A stretch of DNA of 63,970 bases, filler included, from Reticulomyxa filosa (Eukaryota; Protista; Foraminifera), in the NCBI GenBank assembly GCA_000512085.1. It is 27 parts of 27 records of this genome, joined end to end, with 100 filler letters (N's around TTAATTAATTAA, not from the genome) between each part and the next. Parts side by side here need not be neighbours in the genome. Positions count along the whole stretch, not along the records: positions 46,215 to 53,358 come from ASPP01017819.1; positions 53,459 to 54,672 come from ASPP01023199.1; positions 54,773 to 56,689 come from ASPP01019464.1; positions 56,790 to 59,357 come from ASPP01003558.1; positions 59,458 to 62,091 come from ASPP01018501.1; positions 62,192 to 63,970 come from ASPP01019030.1; 21 more parts are not named here. One strand, given 5' to 3'. The position numbers and the translations under genes were made by a program. A model generated the notes under the pieces. The model saw nothing but the letters and a program-made list of their open reading frames with translations. It did no database searches and had not been told where the DNA came from. Shown here piece by piece: positions 49,817 to 63,559 of the stretch. Positions within the stretch are counted from its first letter, which is position 1. Every line of letters starts with the position of its first letter.

Positions 49817-50933
49817 TCATATCAAAAGAGCTCGAATTTGGTCAATTTCTTTTACAGTGTCTTCAAACACTTTTTCCTTGTCTTGGTTACCATTGATAAC
49901 GATAACTTGGGATTGACCAAACATACGTGTTTTGGACGGAGAACTTGTTGTGTTGCTGATGCATTGCAATACTTTTGGCTCTTTGTTTGGCGATTGCTTT
50001 TCATTTTTTTCCGTGCCTTTAACAAACAGGGCCTCATGTCGATTGTGCAATGCCTCAACTAGCTCTTTGTTTACTTTATCTTCACCATCGCGATTGCGCC
50101 GATAAATTCTTGCAACACAAGCCGCGGGATCACATCTGGATACAAAATTTGACACCATAACAACAAAAGCTAGACCACTTTTTAAAAATTTTTTTTTTGT
50201 TATTGTAATTTAACTGTAAATATAGTGTATACTTTGGCTCCCAATCAACCAATTGAACAAATCGAGCCAACAATGAAAATTCCCATTCGCTCATTTTTCC
50301 ACTATCCTTCAAATTTTTTGAAAATATTTCAAATGCGGTTAATGCAGATCTTTCGACAATAATCACATCCCAATTCCGCTTTGGTGGGCTTTTTGTCTTG
50401 TCTTCATGGTTTTTGTAGTTCTTTGACACTTTGGAAACTCGCAAGTTGTTCCAGTGCAGTTGCCGGAACCAATCCATCACTTCCATTTGAAAACAAAATC
50501 CCCTTTGTAACACATATATAATGTTTCCAAAAGGATCCTTATTTTTTTTCCCCTCTCTTTTTCTCTAGCAAACTCAGCCCATCAATATATTTTCCTTCGT
50601 TTTTCATTATCGGATTTTTCACATTTTAATTTGTTTTTTAATATATTTTTGTCAAATTTGTAATCGTTCACACACCATCGTTGCAGATCTTCATATAATT
50701 TTGGCAGATATCTCCCCCAAATTTCTTCGACGGGTTCGGGGATTACAAAATACCCCGCGCTTGCCAATTTTTCGAGCAGTGTAGATTTTCCTTTTTTTTT
50801 TTGCTTGCGTGTTCGGACTTTTAAAAACTGAAAAACAAACACTGTTTTCATTTTAACCTGATCCAATGTTTCCTTCCACACATATTACATGAGGCAGAAG
50901 GTATCTTTCAGATTTGTTTGATTGGAATGACAT
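49817..50933 (-). CDS. Deoxynucleoside kinase (dNK family), four exons
   Basis: VICVEGNIGS|GKSTLL, IPEPVE.W, FCFQM, IIVERS, EW, YL|RCDPAAC..RI..RNRDGE, L..LH..HE. Confidence 0.88.
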
Positions 50934-51375
50934 TTTTTTTAAAAAAACTGTTGTCCGAACAACACCGAAAACAAGGGCTTTAAAAAAAAACAAGTTTTGG
51001 GTTCGGCAGCGAAGAATATGCCAACTAAGGAACTCAGCTAAATTTTACTTCTATATTTTCGATAAAATTGATTTTAATTGTCCGAAGCTGTACGATATTG
51101 TCATTTAACTTTCAAATCAGAAAATGTCAAACTGTTCTCAACCGATTGAAATATTGTTGCTATTTTGTAGAATTCAAAACTACAATGTTATAACAACGCT
51201 ATGAAAATAGCTATTTTTCAACTTGATCGAATTTCATGCATTGGAAAATTCATTTGACATGTGCTTATCTTAATTTACTTTTTTGGTAAGAGCAAATTAT
51301 GTGAAAAAATGATTATTTGATTTGACCATTTAAATTTTATTTTAGATTTTATTGCGATCAAAAATTACTGGGACC

Positions 51376-52776
51376 ATGGCGATCAACAAAATAAAAATAT
51401 GGCAAACAGAGATAGGTGACCACGAAGAATGGTCAAAGTTATTGGCAGATCCGGACAAAATAATCAGTATTTTATGTCTTTTGTAAACTGTAAAATAAAA
51501 AGTTTTTTTCTTTTAAAAGTTTATAATTTGTTCCAAGCCAATTTTGGTGATCATTAAATAGTTTGCGAAATTTATTCTGCATGGTTTGGTAACTGTACGG
51601 CATTTAGTCCGATTATTGACAATATAATGCAATCCTCAGAAACCAATCAGCAGGTTTTGGTGTGGGTGCGTGTGAACATTGCAAGACTGGAAAAAGAACA
51701 TCCAAACAACGAGTGCCCTTTACTTCTTGAAAAATTCTCTGGATACGAAAGTCCAATTCCTTTATTTTTATTTATCAAGGTGAATTTTTCTTTGTTCATT
51801 TGTATTGTAGTGCTAAAAATTTCTGACAGCAATTAAAATTAGTACTAACAACAAACAATGGTTAGAGCTCTAAAATTCTCACTTCGTTGAAGGATTGTAA
51901 TCCAATCCAACTGACAAAAAACATTGACGCAATCATAAGTGGAATATATACCTTCGATGAATCAGTGGAAACAATCGTGGAAGACAAAGGAAAAAACGAA
52001 ATAACAACAGATTGTCCCACTCACTCGAATAGTGAGGCAGACAAATCTGTTACCACTCCATTAGTTGTCAATGAAAGTAATTCAAATGATACTAATATTT
52101 TGGAGCTGCATGATGCACATATCGCTCTGGGATGTGGCAATAATCAATTTTTGACAATACGAGATGGACAATTGTCCATTACCACTGAAGAGAACAATGA
52201 GTCAATGCAATGGCTTGCTCACGTGGAAGTTACCACAATGGCTCCATCTTCGGTTCTTACCGAAGCACCAACCACGACAATGGCACGTATACAACTAAAC
52301 CATGAAAAAAGTGGAGAAACAGGTTATCTGAGGATGTTGACAGAAGAGGTAAATCCTGAGAAAAAGGTTATCAATGCAAATGGGATCAATGATAAATTTG
52401 CACATTTCTTTGTCCATATTATTTCAGTCGACAAAGATAAAAAAACACTCTTTGTAAAATTAGAGTCAGATGTATTTACAGGTGTGAAAAATGTATTGCT
52501 CTTGTTTTATTCCGGTGCCTCATCAAAATATTTTGTCTTTTTTTATGCTGATTTGTATTGCTTATTTTTCCTTGTTTCTTTCCTTTGTCAGGCTCTTATG
52601 CATCCGTAAGAGACGGAAAAGTCGTTGAAAGCAACGAAAGCGAAGCTTGCGTCTTCACTGTCTTTCAATTGACCATACAAAACCCACCCACAACGCCGGA
52701 GCATTTAGAGACAAAAGATGATACAAACAAATTAGAAGAAGTGAAGCCAGAAACAAATTCGACAAATCAAACTTAA
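51376..52776 (+). CDS. Thioredoxin-like (NME8/dynein light chain-type) domain plus a possible beta-trefoil-like domain
   Basis: QTEIGDHEEWSKLL, CEIYSAWFGNC, PLFLFIK, DCNPIQL. The downstream beta-rich repeats (IALGCGNNQFLTIRDG, GYLRM..VINANG, VKLESD) are fascin-like by eye. Confidence 0.5.
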
Positions 52777-53458
52777 AATATTTTTTTCAAAAAACAATCT
52801 CAAAGTTTTTTCTGAGATCTAGCTCGAGGGCTCGTTTGTTATTTTCAGTAAAGCAACATTTTCAAGTTAAGAGTGACGATTCGAATATATCTTCCCTGAT
52901 CACTGTCTATTTTTTGTATCACAAGAATGATAGTTCTACCTAAGGAAAGTCGAACAAAAATGTTGTAATGTTCTTTTTTGCAAAAAATTGTATATGGAGA
53001 TATTTGAATAACGTTGTTTTTTTTATATCATGAAAGAATGATTTAACATTAGTTTGCTTTTTTTTTTTGTACTAATTTGCAGTGTTTACTGTTATAACAG
53101 CACTTTTCTTTATTGGGATATTTGCTACCAATGTATGTTTAGTTTCACTCAATTAGGCTAAGAGCTGAAAAAAGGACAAAAAGCAATTGAAACATAATTA
53201 TCATTTTTTGCAAAGGAAAACAAGAAGTTTTTCTGTTCAGAAAACTTGTACTACATTTGAATTCGGTTGAGAGTGTAGATCTCCAAATAAGTTGCAAGAC
53301 ATTATCATATCAACGTTCGACTTGGTTCATTGAAATAATCATAATCATTTATGAACCANNNNNNNNNNNNNNNNNNNNNNNNNNNNNNNNNNNNNNNNNN
53401 NNTTAATTAATTAANNNNNNNNNNNNNNNNNNNNNNNNNNNNNNNNNNNNNNNNNNNN

Positions 53459-54672
53459 GACAAGCAATCATTTCTTGTGAAATCCAACAAAGAGTATTAA
53501 ATGTGATAACATATAAATATCCACCTAAAGATATATCAGTGAAATTAAATGAACAACAATTGGATGATGTTATTGAATTTTTCATGGATGGACTTGTTGG
53601 CGAAGATAAATATGTTCATGAAAGATGTGCAAAATCAATTGCAGAATAGCATTGCTCTTGAATGAGAGATAAAATAAAGGTTTGAATGTTTGATGAATAC
53701 CTTTGAGATTGGAAAAATTACAATTTGTAATAAACGTGCACACGCACTTGCAACAATTTCATTACAATTGGGAGGAAAATAGTTGGATAATGCATTACAG
53801 TGTTTCATTCATAGGCTTCCTTCATATTTTTATGATCATTATGCAGATGCGACTCAATTTATAATGAAATTGAAAGAAGGACAGCTATATGGTGTCTTTA
53901 AATGTTTGATTGATCGATTATCCAATGAAAAAGAAGATGATGATATTCGTATAAAATGCGCAGAATTAATTGGAGAACTCTTAATGAAATTGAATGAAAC
54001 ACAATTGATCGATGCTTTCGATCCTTTAATAGATATGGTCAATGATATAGATTGCATTTATAGTGCGTTTAATACTGTACGTGAGCAATTACAGTAATTA
54101 CAGTGAAATTGCTTGGAAGACAATTCGATAATGTTTTAATTATTTAATTAGTAGATTATATTGTGGGGACAATGCATATAATCTACTTAAAGGAATTGCA
54201 CAGAGATTGGATGAAAAACAAATGAACATTGCATTGAATTATTTTATGGATAAGATAAATGATAAAAATGAACATCAAACTATTCGTATCAAGTGCATTC
54301 AATTAATTAAGTAATTTTCAAACGAACAGTAATTGAATGAAGCTTTTAATTTTTCAATGGGTATATTCACTGATAAAAATGATAATGCAGATATGGTAAG
54401 GAATGTGCAGAATTACTTGGGACAATTGCAGTGAATCTAAATGGAAAAAGTTTTGATGATGCTTTTAAATGTTTGACAAATGAATTAACAGATAGTCATT
54501 CAAGTGTTCGGGAGTCTGTTTTCACATGTTTGATCAATGAACTCAAAGGTAATAATGAAAAGAATCTATATTATATGCAAAATCTGTTGGAAATCTTTCA
54601 ATAAAATTAAACAAAAAGAAATTAGATGATGTTTCAACAAAAATTGAATGATCAACAATTGGATAGAGTTCT
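53459..54672 (+). pseudogene. HEAT/ARM-repeat family pseudogene
   Basis: Repeated KLNE(Q/T)QL(D/I)D.F..L..L...D..R.KCAEL.G units with several stops and frameshifts. Confidence 0.75.
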
Positions 54673-54919
54673 NNNNNNNNNNNNNNNNNNNNNNNNNNNN
54701 NNNNNNNNNNNNNNNNTTAATTAATTAANNNNNNNNNNNNNNNNNNNNNNNNNNNNNNNNNNNNNNNNNNNNTATATATATTATATATATACATATATAT
54801 ATATATATATGCATATACATACATACATATATGTATATGTATATGCATGCATATATGTATATAGTATTTGTATGTTAAGGTAAATATTTTGATCGGCTTT
54901 TTTTTTGTGGCTGTTGTAA

Positions 54920-55178
54920 ATGGCAGAGGATACTGACGAAATGGGAGAATTGAAATTAGATGATTACGAGTTTGATCCAGATATGCTGTTACACTTTTTG
55001 AATGTGGTGGAAGATCGCGTGTCTGCGCCTATGGTACGTGCTTATCAGGACGGCGCCTTTGATTATTGCATGACTCGTCCCAAACAACTTAAATACAATA
55101 TTTCATTGGATGGATGTTTTGTAACCATTTTTTTTTTTTTTTCTCTGTCTGGATTGTTTATTTTATGAATATACACAC

Positions 55179-55210
<32 letters not shown>

Positions 55211-56121
55211 AAATGTATATATTGTTATGTGCATATACATATATATATTTTGAAACTCATTAGACGAAGTGGACACGGACAATGCGTGGGAGATGTTTGG
55301 CTCGACAAAGGAACGACAGAAATTGGCAAACGAAATTGAGTTTGAAAAGACGGACTACAACGAGTTCGATTTTGAAGTGAAGGCGGAGCCCAAGATAATC
55401 GACACAAGCGCCGACGATGAAGACGAAAAGAAGAAGCTCCATTCGAGTGCGTCGACGATTACCTCACTGGAAGCGGACATGAAGTTGAAAATGCAGCAAG
55501 CGCTTGCCCGTGCGAACAGCCGCAAAGCGGCCGCAAAGTCGACGAACGCGATCGACGAAGAGACTGGCGCCGGGCTTGTCCCGATTGACAACGAACTGGA
55601 CGAATTGGACGACGACACCGCCGGCGTGGCTTTGGAAGACGTGACAGAAACGGACCCCGATCTCGATCTTGATCTCGATCTCGATCATGACCACGATCAA
55701 GAGTCCACCCACTCCCAAGACATTGCACCCAATCCCAAGAGCACGAGCACGAGCCTTGACATGACGCCGCAACCACGGCCGAGGTCCAAATCGCAAGTGC
55801 AAATTGAAGTCGAAGACGAAGAAGAAGACCAAGTCATTGTGGTCGAGGAGGACGAGGACGACGATATGAAAATGCCCTCTGCCAAGAGTGTGAGCGAAAT
55901 TATAAAGGCAGCCAGACCCGAGCCGGATGCGGAGGCGGAGCTCGAAAAAGACGAACTGGATCTGGAGCCGGAACACGAACTCGAAGTTGAGGCCGAAGAG
56001 GATGAAAATACAATAGCCGAACTGGATGAGGATGCCGCGGAGGCTGATATTGAGGCCGGAACGGAGGAAGAAGAGGTTGTTGAGGAAGAAGAAGCTGTGG
56101 AGGAGGAAGAGGCCGTGGAAG

Positions 56122-56152
<31 letters not shown>

Positions 56153-56689
56153 GAAAAAGAAGGAAGACACATTTGAGAAATTGGGTTGGAATGAAACACA
56201 CTATTATCGAAATCATTACCGTGTATTGAATAGACGATTTAAAGATGCACGATATCGACCAGTGGGATGGAAATGTATATTCCATCATCGACATGGAGAT
56301 GAAAAGAATTTTAATAAAAGTTTTGTAACAGAAGAAATGCCAATAATAGCATATGAAGAATCATATGGAAAAAATTTATGGTGGTTTAGTGCAAAAATGG
56401 ATATGTATGGAGGATATAAAAGAAAAGGATTACAAGATTATCAAATAAAAATGGAAGATGAAATGAGTGAAGATAATGATAAAATAAATGATAATCATAA
56501 TAATAATAAATATCAAATAAAAGATATACAATTACCTACATTTGTATATGATTTACGTGATATTGAAAAATATTATTGGTTTCCTTTTTTAAATGATGAA
56601 TCACATGGTGTAAAAAATAATGAACAAAAAGAAGCAGAAAATTATTTTGCAGAAAATGAATCAATAGATAATGAAACAAATGGTGATGA
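54920..56689 (+). CDS. Hypothetical acidic (D/E-rich) protein, partial
   Basis: Exon about 54920-55113 plus a long open frame 55264-56689; no family recognised. Confidence 0.6.
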
Positions 56690-56789
56690 NNNNNNNNNNN
56701 NNNNNNNNNNNNNNNNNNNNNNNNNNNNNNNNNTTAATTAATTAANNNNNNNNNNNNNNNNNNNNNNNNNNNNNNNNNNNNNNNNNNNN

Positions 56790-58060
56790 GTGCATATCAT
56801 TCGTTTCAAAGTTGGCCGTTATCATTGCACAATTCACAACAAGGCCGCTTCCCACCAAAACACCAATATTATATTGACAATTACACATACAATCACATCG
56901 TCTGTCAAATCAAATATCGCTCCAACTGTCGCGTCAACTCTCACACCAGCAGTAGCACCGACTATCAATCAATTATCATACAAATCACGATCATGAATAT
57001 GGCCTGCCAAAATTGTACACATATAACAGGCTTTGCAAAAATAATGATTGTGATATTACTTGATTCAAGTTCCAGTTAATTTCTCTTTAAATTTCTTTCA
57101 ATGAAAAAAAAAATAAACAAAAAATGTCGATAGAATTATGAACAAAAATTTTGACAATAACAATGACGTATTTTAATTTATATATACATCTACAAATATA
57201 AACAGACAAAAACATGAACTTTGCACAGAGTTGTGCTTGTACACTTGACAAAGCCCACAATTGTGGTATGCACAGCAAGACAATGCGCGATATTGATTTG
57301 ATTGTAAGTGCTGTTGGTATCGTGAGCCATTGTCTGGACGATTTCAAGAGTCCTGGCAGCATGTTGGCTTATAATAAGCCAGGTGTGAATGCGATATTAT
57401 ATCCATGCACACTAATGCACCAGGTGATTGTTCGTCCAGGTGGAAGAACTCACAATAAGTGGTGGTAGTGAGTTGTTGGCTTGCATTATGCTATCCTTTT
57501 CTAATTTGATTAGCGGAGGACTCAATGTGTTGAACCTTATCACTAACAATGGCCAGCAAATGGAAAATGATATAGGGCCGACGCAATGATGACAGTGCCA
57601 GCGACAATAGACAATAATTAAGCACTTTCAACTAACATAAGTATACTTTTTTTATGTAGAATTATCCATAAAAACAACGTATAACTGTGATTATGTTTAT
57701 GTGATACACATTATTAAAAAAATATATAGGCAACAAAACGTACCAACGATGACACCAGTGACAACAAGAGAATACGGGGTAGAAGCCACCCCCGTCTCCG
57801 AAAGGATTATAAAAGGTTTGTTCTATCTTTATTTATATATATTTATATATAAATATGTTCATGTGTTGTGTGTTTGTGTACAGGAGTCCCCTGCCTGAAA
57901 CAAGTTACCTGTTTTTACACCACACACAAAAATATTGATGTCGAAAGCCGTCCAGTATCCAAAGTGATGAACAATGGTTTGTTATATTTTATATATGTGT
58001 ATCTTTCTTTTGTTAAAATAATGTGATTGTGTTTGTATGTCGTAAATAGGAATTCCCCAT
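56790..58060 (+). pseudogene. Degraded Pro/Thr-rich surface-protein-like sequence
   Basis: APTVASTLTPAVAPT tract, a hydrophobic stretch near 57460-57500, short exon-like repeats and many stops. Confidence 0.25.
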
Positions 58061-59457
58061 CACAAAGAAAAAAATATGTTTTATGTTTTATGTTTTTTGT
58101 CCACCATCCTAAACACATCAAACAAAAAAACACTGATTGTTTGACCACATTAAGAAAAGCTTGAAATATAATTAAAACTAAATTTTTACAGGTAACTATT
58201 TTTTTTTTGTTCTATAAAATATATAAAATAATTTTTTTGTTTGTGTAAATAGATGTCACAAGATCCAAATTATTTTTAAAAGAAAAAAAGAGATTTTAAA
58301 AAGATTGAGGGGGGCGGGAAAAAACGTAGATAATAATTAATAAAAAAGGTAGAAAAAAAATAATAGAAAAAGGGGGAAAAAAAGATAATTGAAAAAAGGG
58401 TGAAAAATAGAAATTAGAAAAAAAATATGGTTGAAAATAATAAAAAAATTAACAATAAATGGGGGAAAAAAAATAAAGATAAATAAAAAAGAAAAAAGAA
58501 TTATGAGAAAAGAAAAAAAAAAGAAAAAATGTGATAAAAAAGAAGAAAAAAAAAGAAAGTATCAATATCTTATCCATCGCGTTTCCCAACAAGAACCTCA
58601 ACTTTGATGCAAACGATATCAAACGTTACATCTATATATTCCCAACAAGGCATCATACAATATCTCCACACATTTACACTACAGTGTTGAGCAATCATAG
58701 TTGTTACGAAGCTTGCTGTGTTTTTTGGATTGTACAGATGGATTAATTGCATCAATAGTGAAAAACAAGAGCGTTGTCTTGTAAGTGGTGACACAGTGAC
58801 AAGAGCCCCCAGTTACAAGATAGATGGTCATTGAAGAGATAAAACCAGGGACAAGACGAAAACACTGCAAATTGAATTTGGATATCCATCATAATTACTG
58901 ACGTTGTAGTGTGTAGTACGTGACGTCGTATTGTATCAATTGTGGCAGTCTCCAGCGTGTGTTATTCGTTGTGGAAATTTAATAAGTGTATCCTTCGGAT
59001 TGAGGATACATCATTTCATTGCGGAGTGGATGAATATTCAACGAGTTGACACTTTCCTTGAGCATGCAATCCTGTCATTATTCACATTCAAATATAGAAT
59101 GGATATACGTTATTCAGAACAATGGATGGAGAGAGGAAAAGCAGAGAAAATAGAAAGAAAGTAACAGAAAGCGAACAGAAGTGAAGGATATAAGTCTTTT
59201 TAAAGGTTGGTGTTAATGTATGTTGTTTGTATCATATTTGTAGTGGTTGTAATATATCTCCATCAAAACAAGCCCTTCATTGTGAAATGATTTACATTAG
59301 GTTTGTAGATTAAAAGAAAATAAAAGAAGAATGAAAGAGTTATTTAGAGCACATGGANNNNNNNNNNNNNNNNNNNNNNNNNNNNNNNNNNNNNNNNNNN
59401 NTTAATTAATTAANNNNNNNNNNNNNNNNNNNNNNNNNNNNNNNNNNNNNNNNNNNN

Positions 59458-59609
59458 AAAAAAAAAGGACACATTGAAGATTCGAACTTCCCATAATAAA
59501 TATCGATCTTATTTTGAGAAAGAGATATGGTTGGGACATTATTCCATTCAAATACAAATACAATCTTTTATTTGTTTATTTTTATTGTTTTGAAAATGAC
59601 ATTATATAT

Positions 59610-59652
<43 letters not shown>

Positions 59653-59993
59653 ACAACTGAAGGCATATCGCTCATACTCTATATCAAATTGCAAAAACAT
59701 TCCAACTCACAAACGAAGGTATGAAACACTTGTTTTTTGCAACCAACGCCGTCATTAGTGCTTCCTCCTTTAGTCAATCCAATCAGATTCAAATGGTTTG
59801 TCATACATAATCCACGACACAAATACATATACCCGTCGCATATGTCTCCTTTTCAAAAGCATATGTTATGTGCGCTTTTCCATCATTAGGCCGGCTATTC
59901 GCTCGTACTGGCTGTGCATGCAGCATTGCAGCACACAGACTCAACTTCCTTGTTTAGTATATCCTGTTGTATTTTTTTTTTTTAACATAATAA

Positions 59994-60038
<45 letters not shown>

Positions 60039-62033
60039 GCATAAATCCAAGCAATAAAAGTGAATTTCAACCTAATACTTTGGTGAGCAATTCCTCCAAT
60101 TATAGATCATTGTCTGAGCTTTTGGCAGCTGTTCAAACAGAACACAAGGTCTTTATTAACACCTTGGATGAAGTTGAAATCGCACAAGAAGACGGTCGAT
60201 TTGCAAAGGCAGATATCACGCAGAGTCGATGTCGTGCGTTGTTGTTCGCTGTCGTGTTTTGGTTTTGCAAGGATATGCATGGAGTGGATGCACATGACGT
60301 TTACTATTTTTTTTATTTTATTTTTTGTTTTATTTTGTTTATTTGTTTCGGAGCACAAATACAAAACGATTACTATTTCCACAACCTTTTGAAAAAAAAA
60401 AAAAAAAGGAAAAAACAAAGATATGGGGCAAGCAGCTGACCATGGCGCTGCAACGTGGATGCTTGTACGGATTATTGAGCGAGTTTTGCAATAGCTCATT
60501 GTACGAAAGTTACCAAAAATTTGGGGGGTTCATGACGACTTTGATGAATCGGCATTGGAGTTGTTTTCGCAACTGTGGATGGCATTTGAAGAGGAGCTCA
60601 CTCGGTATTGCAATGAAGAGGACTATTTCCTGCAATTCACACAGCCGCAAACCCGACCGTCCTTAGGCCAAAGGTATCATTCAATGCACGACATAGCCTC
60701 CAGGCAGCAGACGTTGTTAGATCGCAAAATACACTACAGCGAATTGATCCGACATTACAAAGAATTAAACCCGCGGACTCAAGGTTATTTATTTATTTAT
60801 TTTTTTTTTTTAAAAATGCATTTCAAAGCAATCAATATTTGAAATAAAAGGATTCCCAATTGTGCTGCATTTGCTAATTACCACCTGCCGGCGCAGTAGT
60901 CGTGCAGCTGCAATTGTGTTTCGAGACTGCAAGCAGTTCTTAATCTTTTGCACGAAAATGTGTGATTTGAATACTCCATGGTTCCCATTGTTTATGGATT
61001 TGCTGTTCGAGTGTGGACACTATTTCCCTCAAGAGCTGTTTCAGTTCCTGAAAAGCGACGACGCTGAAAAAATTAACTTGGAGCGAATATGGGAAGTATT
61101 TGACAAAATAGACTCATTGTTTGAAAAACGAACGCAATTGAGACTAAAGCAACAATTGAAAGACGACGGCAATCAGCAATTCACAGCGAATCTGTCCTTT
61201 CAAATCGTTGAGGTGAGTTTTCTGCGTTCTGATTTACCTTTTTTCTCTCTCTCTCTCTTTTGTATGTATGTATGTGTGCATATGTATATGCATGTGCGTG
61301 CACGTGCACAAACGAGGGAAAAAAAAATAGCAATTCAATAGTTGCAATGTTATAACATATACATATATGATATATATATATATATATATACTCATTACAT
61401 ATCGGGAGACAACAGATGAACATTATCGAAGGGATAATCAAAATCCTTGAAGTGATTGGTCGATTGAGTGAAGTCCACGAGGAACTAAAAAACAATAGCC
61501 AGCAAAGGAACATCATTGAAATATTGCTTCGATTCTTGAGAAGCCATATATCATCTGATTTGAACGGACACGCTTTTCGATGCTTGGCACAATTGATCTC
61601 TCAACCAGATACCAGTTTGGCCGATCGATTGTGGACACGACTCGAAGACGAACAGACACTATTCACTTGGAGACAAAACAATGAACCAATTGATAAAGGC
61701 ATTGAACTTGACTTTTTGGAGAAATATCAAACAGAGGAACGTACGCGTTGTCCCGCAACAGTTGGATTTTGCTATTTGCTAAGCGCGTTACTCCGAACAA
61801 CCAAATTGCCGCACGAATTGGGACTTGCTCGGCGTGGACAAAAACCTCCGGGAATCCATCTGCACATGGAATACGTATCCAAACTCTTGCTTCGCAATTG
61901 GCCTAAACGCAACTTTGATGACTTCCACGAAAAGTGGGAGTTGGCAGGTCTTTGTCTCGAGATTTTCGAGATTGTGTTGGAAAAAGAAAACCCACTTGAA
62001 TTTCGTCCGATGCCTTCAACTATAAATAATTTC
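59458..62033 (+). CDS. NUP205: Nucleoporin Nup205/Nup192, internal exons
   Basis: LADRLWTRLEDEQTL, E..CPATVGFCYLLSAL..LPHELG..PPGIHLHMEYV..R..EKWELAGLCLEIF matches the Nup205 central region. Confidence 0.8.
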
Positions 62034-62054
62034 GGTTACTTTATTTTTATTATT

Positions 62055-62091
<37 letters not shown>

Positions 62092-63559
62092 NNNNNNNNN
62101 NNNNNNNNNNNNNNNNNNNNNNNNNNNNNNNNNNNTTAATTAATTAANNNNNNNNNNNNNNNNNNNNNNNNNNNNNNNNNNNNNNNNNNNNATATTCTGT
62201 TTGTCTTTTTTTCCCTACTTGAAACAGCTCTTTGATTGAAAAAAAAAACACCAAATAAAACGGAACAGAAAATAGAGACAAATGTTCTGGAAAAACTTGC
62301 AAAATCGATGGAAAATAAAAACAAAGAAGTGCTACAATTTGAGCAGAAACTCTGTTGGAAAGGATCACAACAATTGCACAAAATCAAAACTCGGCGTTTC
62401 AAGGTTTCCATCTGATGTGGAATGGATAAACAAACCGAAAATCACTTTATATTACAAATACATGAGCTGAACATATCAACAAAAGAGTATTTTATTTGAT
62501 TTATTTTATTTTTAGATGTAAAAACAAGGTTGGAAATATCAAGAATTTTTTTTCCTAAAAAAAAAGGGGGATAAAAACTTTAATGAATTATGTACACATA
62601 AATGGGAAAAATAAGAGCATGGTGTGATGCATGTTATAGCTGTGCGATGCACAAAAGAGTGCAGGACGTGTCCACGAGCGTTAGAATACAAAATAATGAA
62701 ACAGGACGAAATATTGCAACTACTGATTGGAGAAAATATTGCAATGGAAATTTCTGAACAGAGTGGATGCGAACGTGAATAGGAATGAAGCACAAGGAAT
62801 ACTGTGCACAAAGTGGATCAAATCGTGAGCAGATTGAAGAAAAAACTGAAACGAGTGATTATTGATAAATTTGAGCAGCGCATTTTGAATACCCACTTGT
62901 GTTACCAAAGCAAACAACGAAATGAGTTTGTGGTAACTATTCATTGCAAATAAGCTTTCGCAAACACAACCGACTTTGGTTTTTTTCTTGGAAATGTTGG
63001 GTACAGCACTAACACGATCTCGAATTTGTTGCTGTCATCACAGACTATTTAAAAAGACTCTTTTGCTCTCAAACTTATTGACTTTGTGGGGCAGTCAAGA
63101 TTTAATGAATGGCGCGATCTTTTGCAAGTCCACATCTTCAAATGCCTTATTTTGGGTATGGCATTTATGTTTTAGAATAATTTTCACTTTCACTTTGACG
63201 TGCATATATATATATACATGTATTATATGTATGTATATTACGTATAATTTACATAAATTATATTATATACTTGAAGTGTGAAGGCAAAGCAAAAATGGTC
63301 TCATTGGTGAAGATGAGAAAATATTTAGAAGAATTTGAGTCGCTTTGACAAAAGTGATGATATAATTCAAAATGTTCGTTTTTTTTCTATTTTATCTCAT
63401 TTTCTTTTCAATAGTCAAACACGAAACGATAACACTTGTATGTCTCATTTATTTACTAAGGTGGTTGTCAACGTTGATCATAATCTCAGAGCTCATCCAT
63501 GATTTGGTATGTCCTGCACTTTTGTTTGTTTTGATAAAAAAATGACAAACAAAAAATCT

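Noticed and set aside
55355-56294. Long antisense ORFs (also 35183-35824, 36619-37146, 37710-38453, 48059-48733, 26606-27097)
   Set aside because: Shadows of real or low-complexity coding sequence on the opposite strand.
1494-62191. Recurring TTAATTAATTAA as a CRISPR repeat or biological motif
   Set aside because: Always centred in exactly 44+44 N and gives stops in all six frames, so it is an assembly linker. No cas genes are present.
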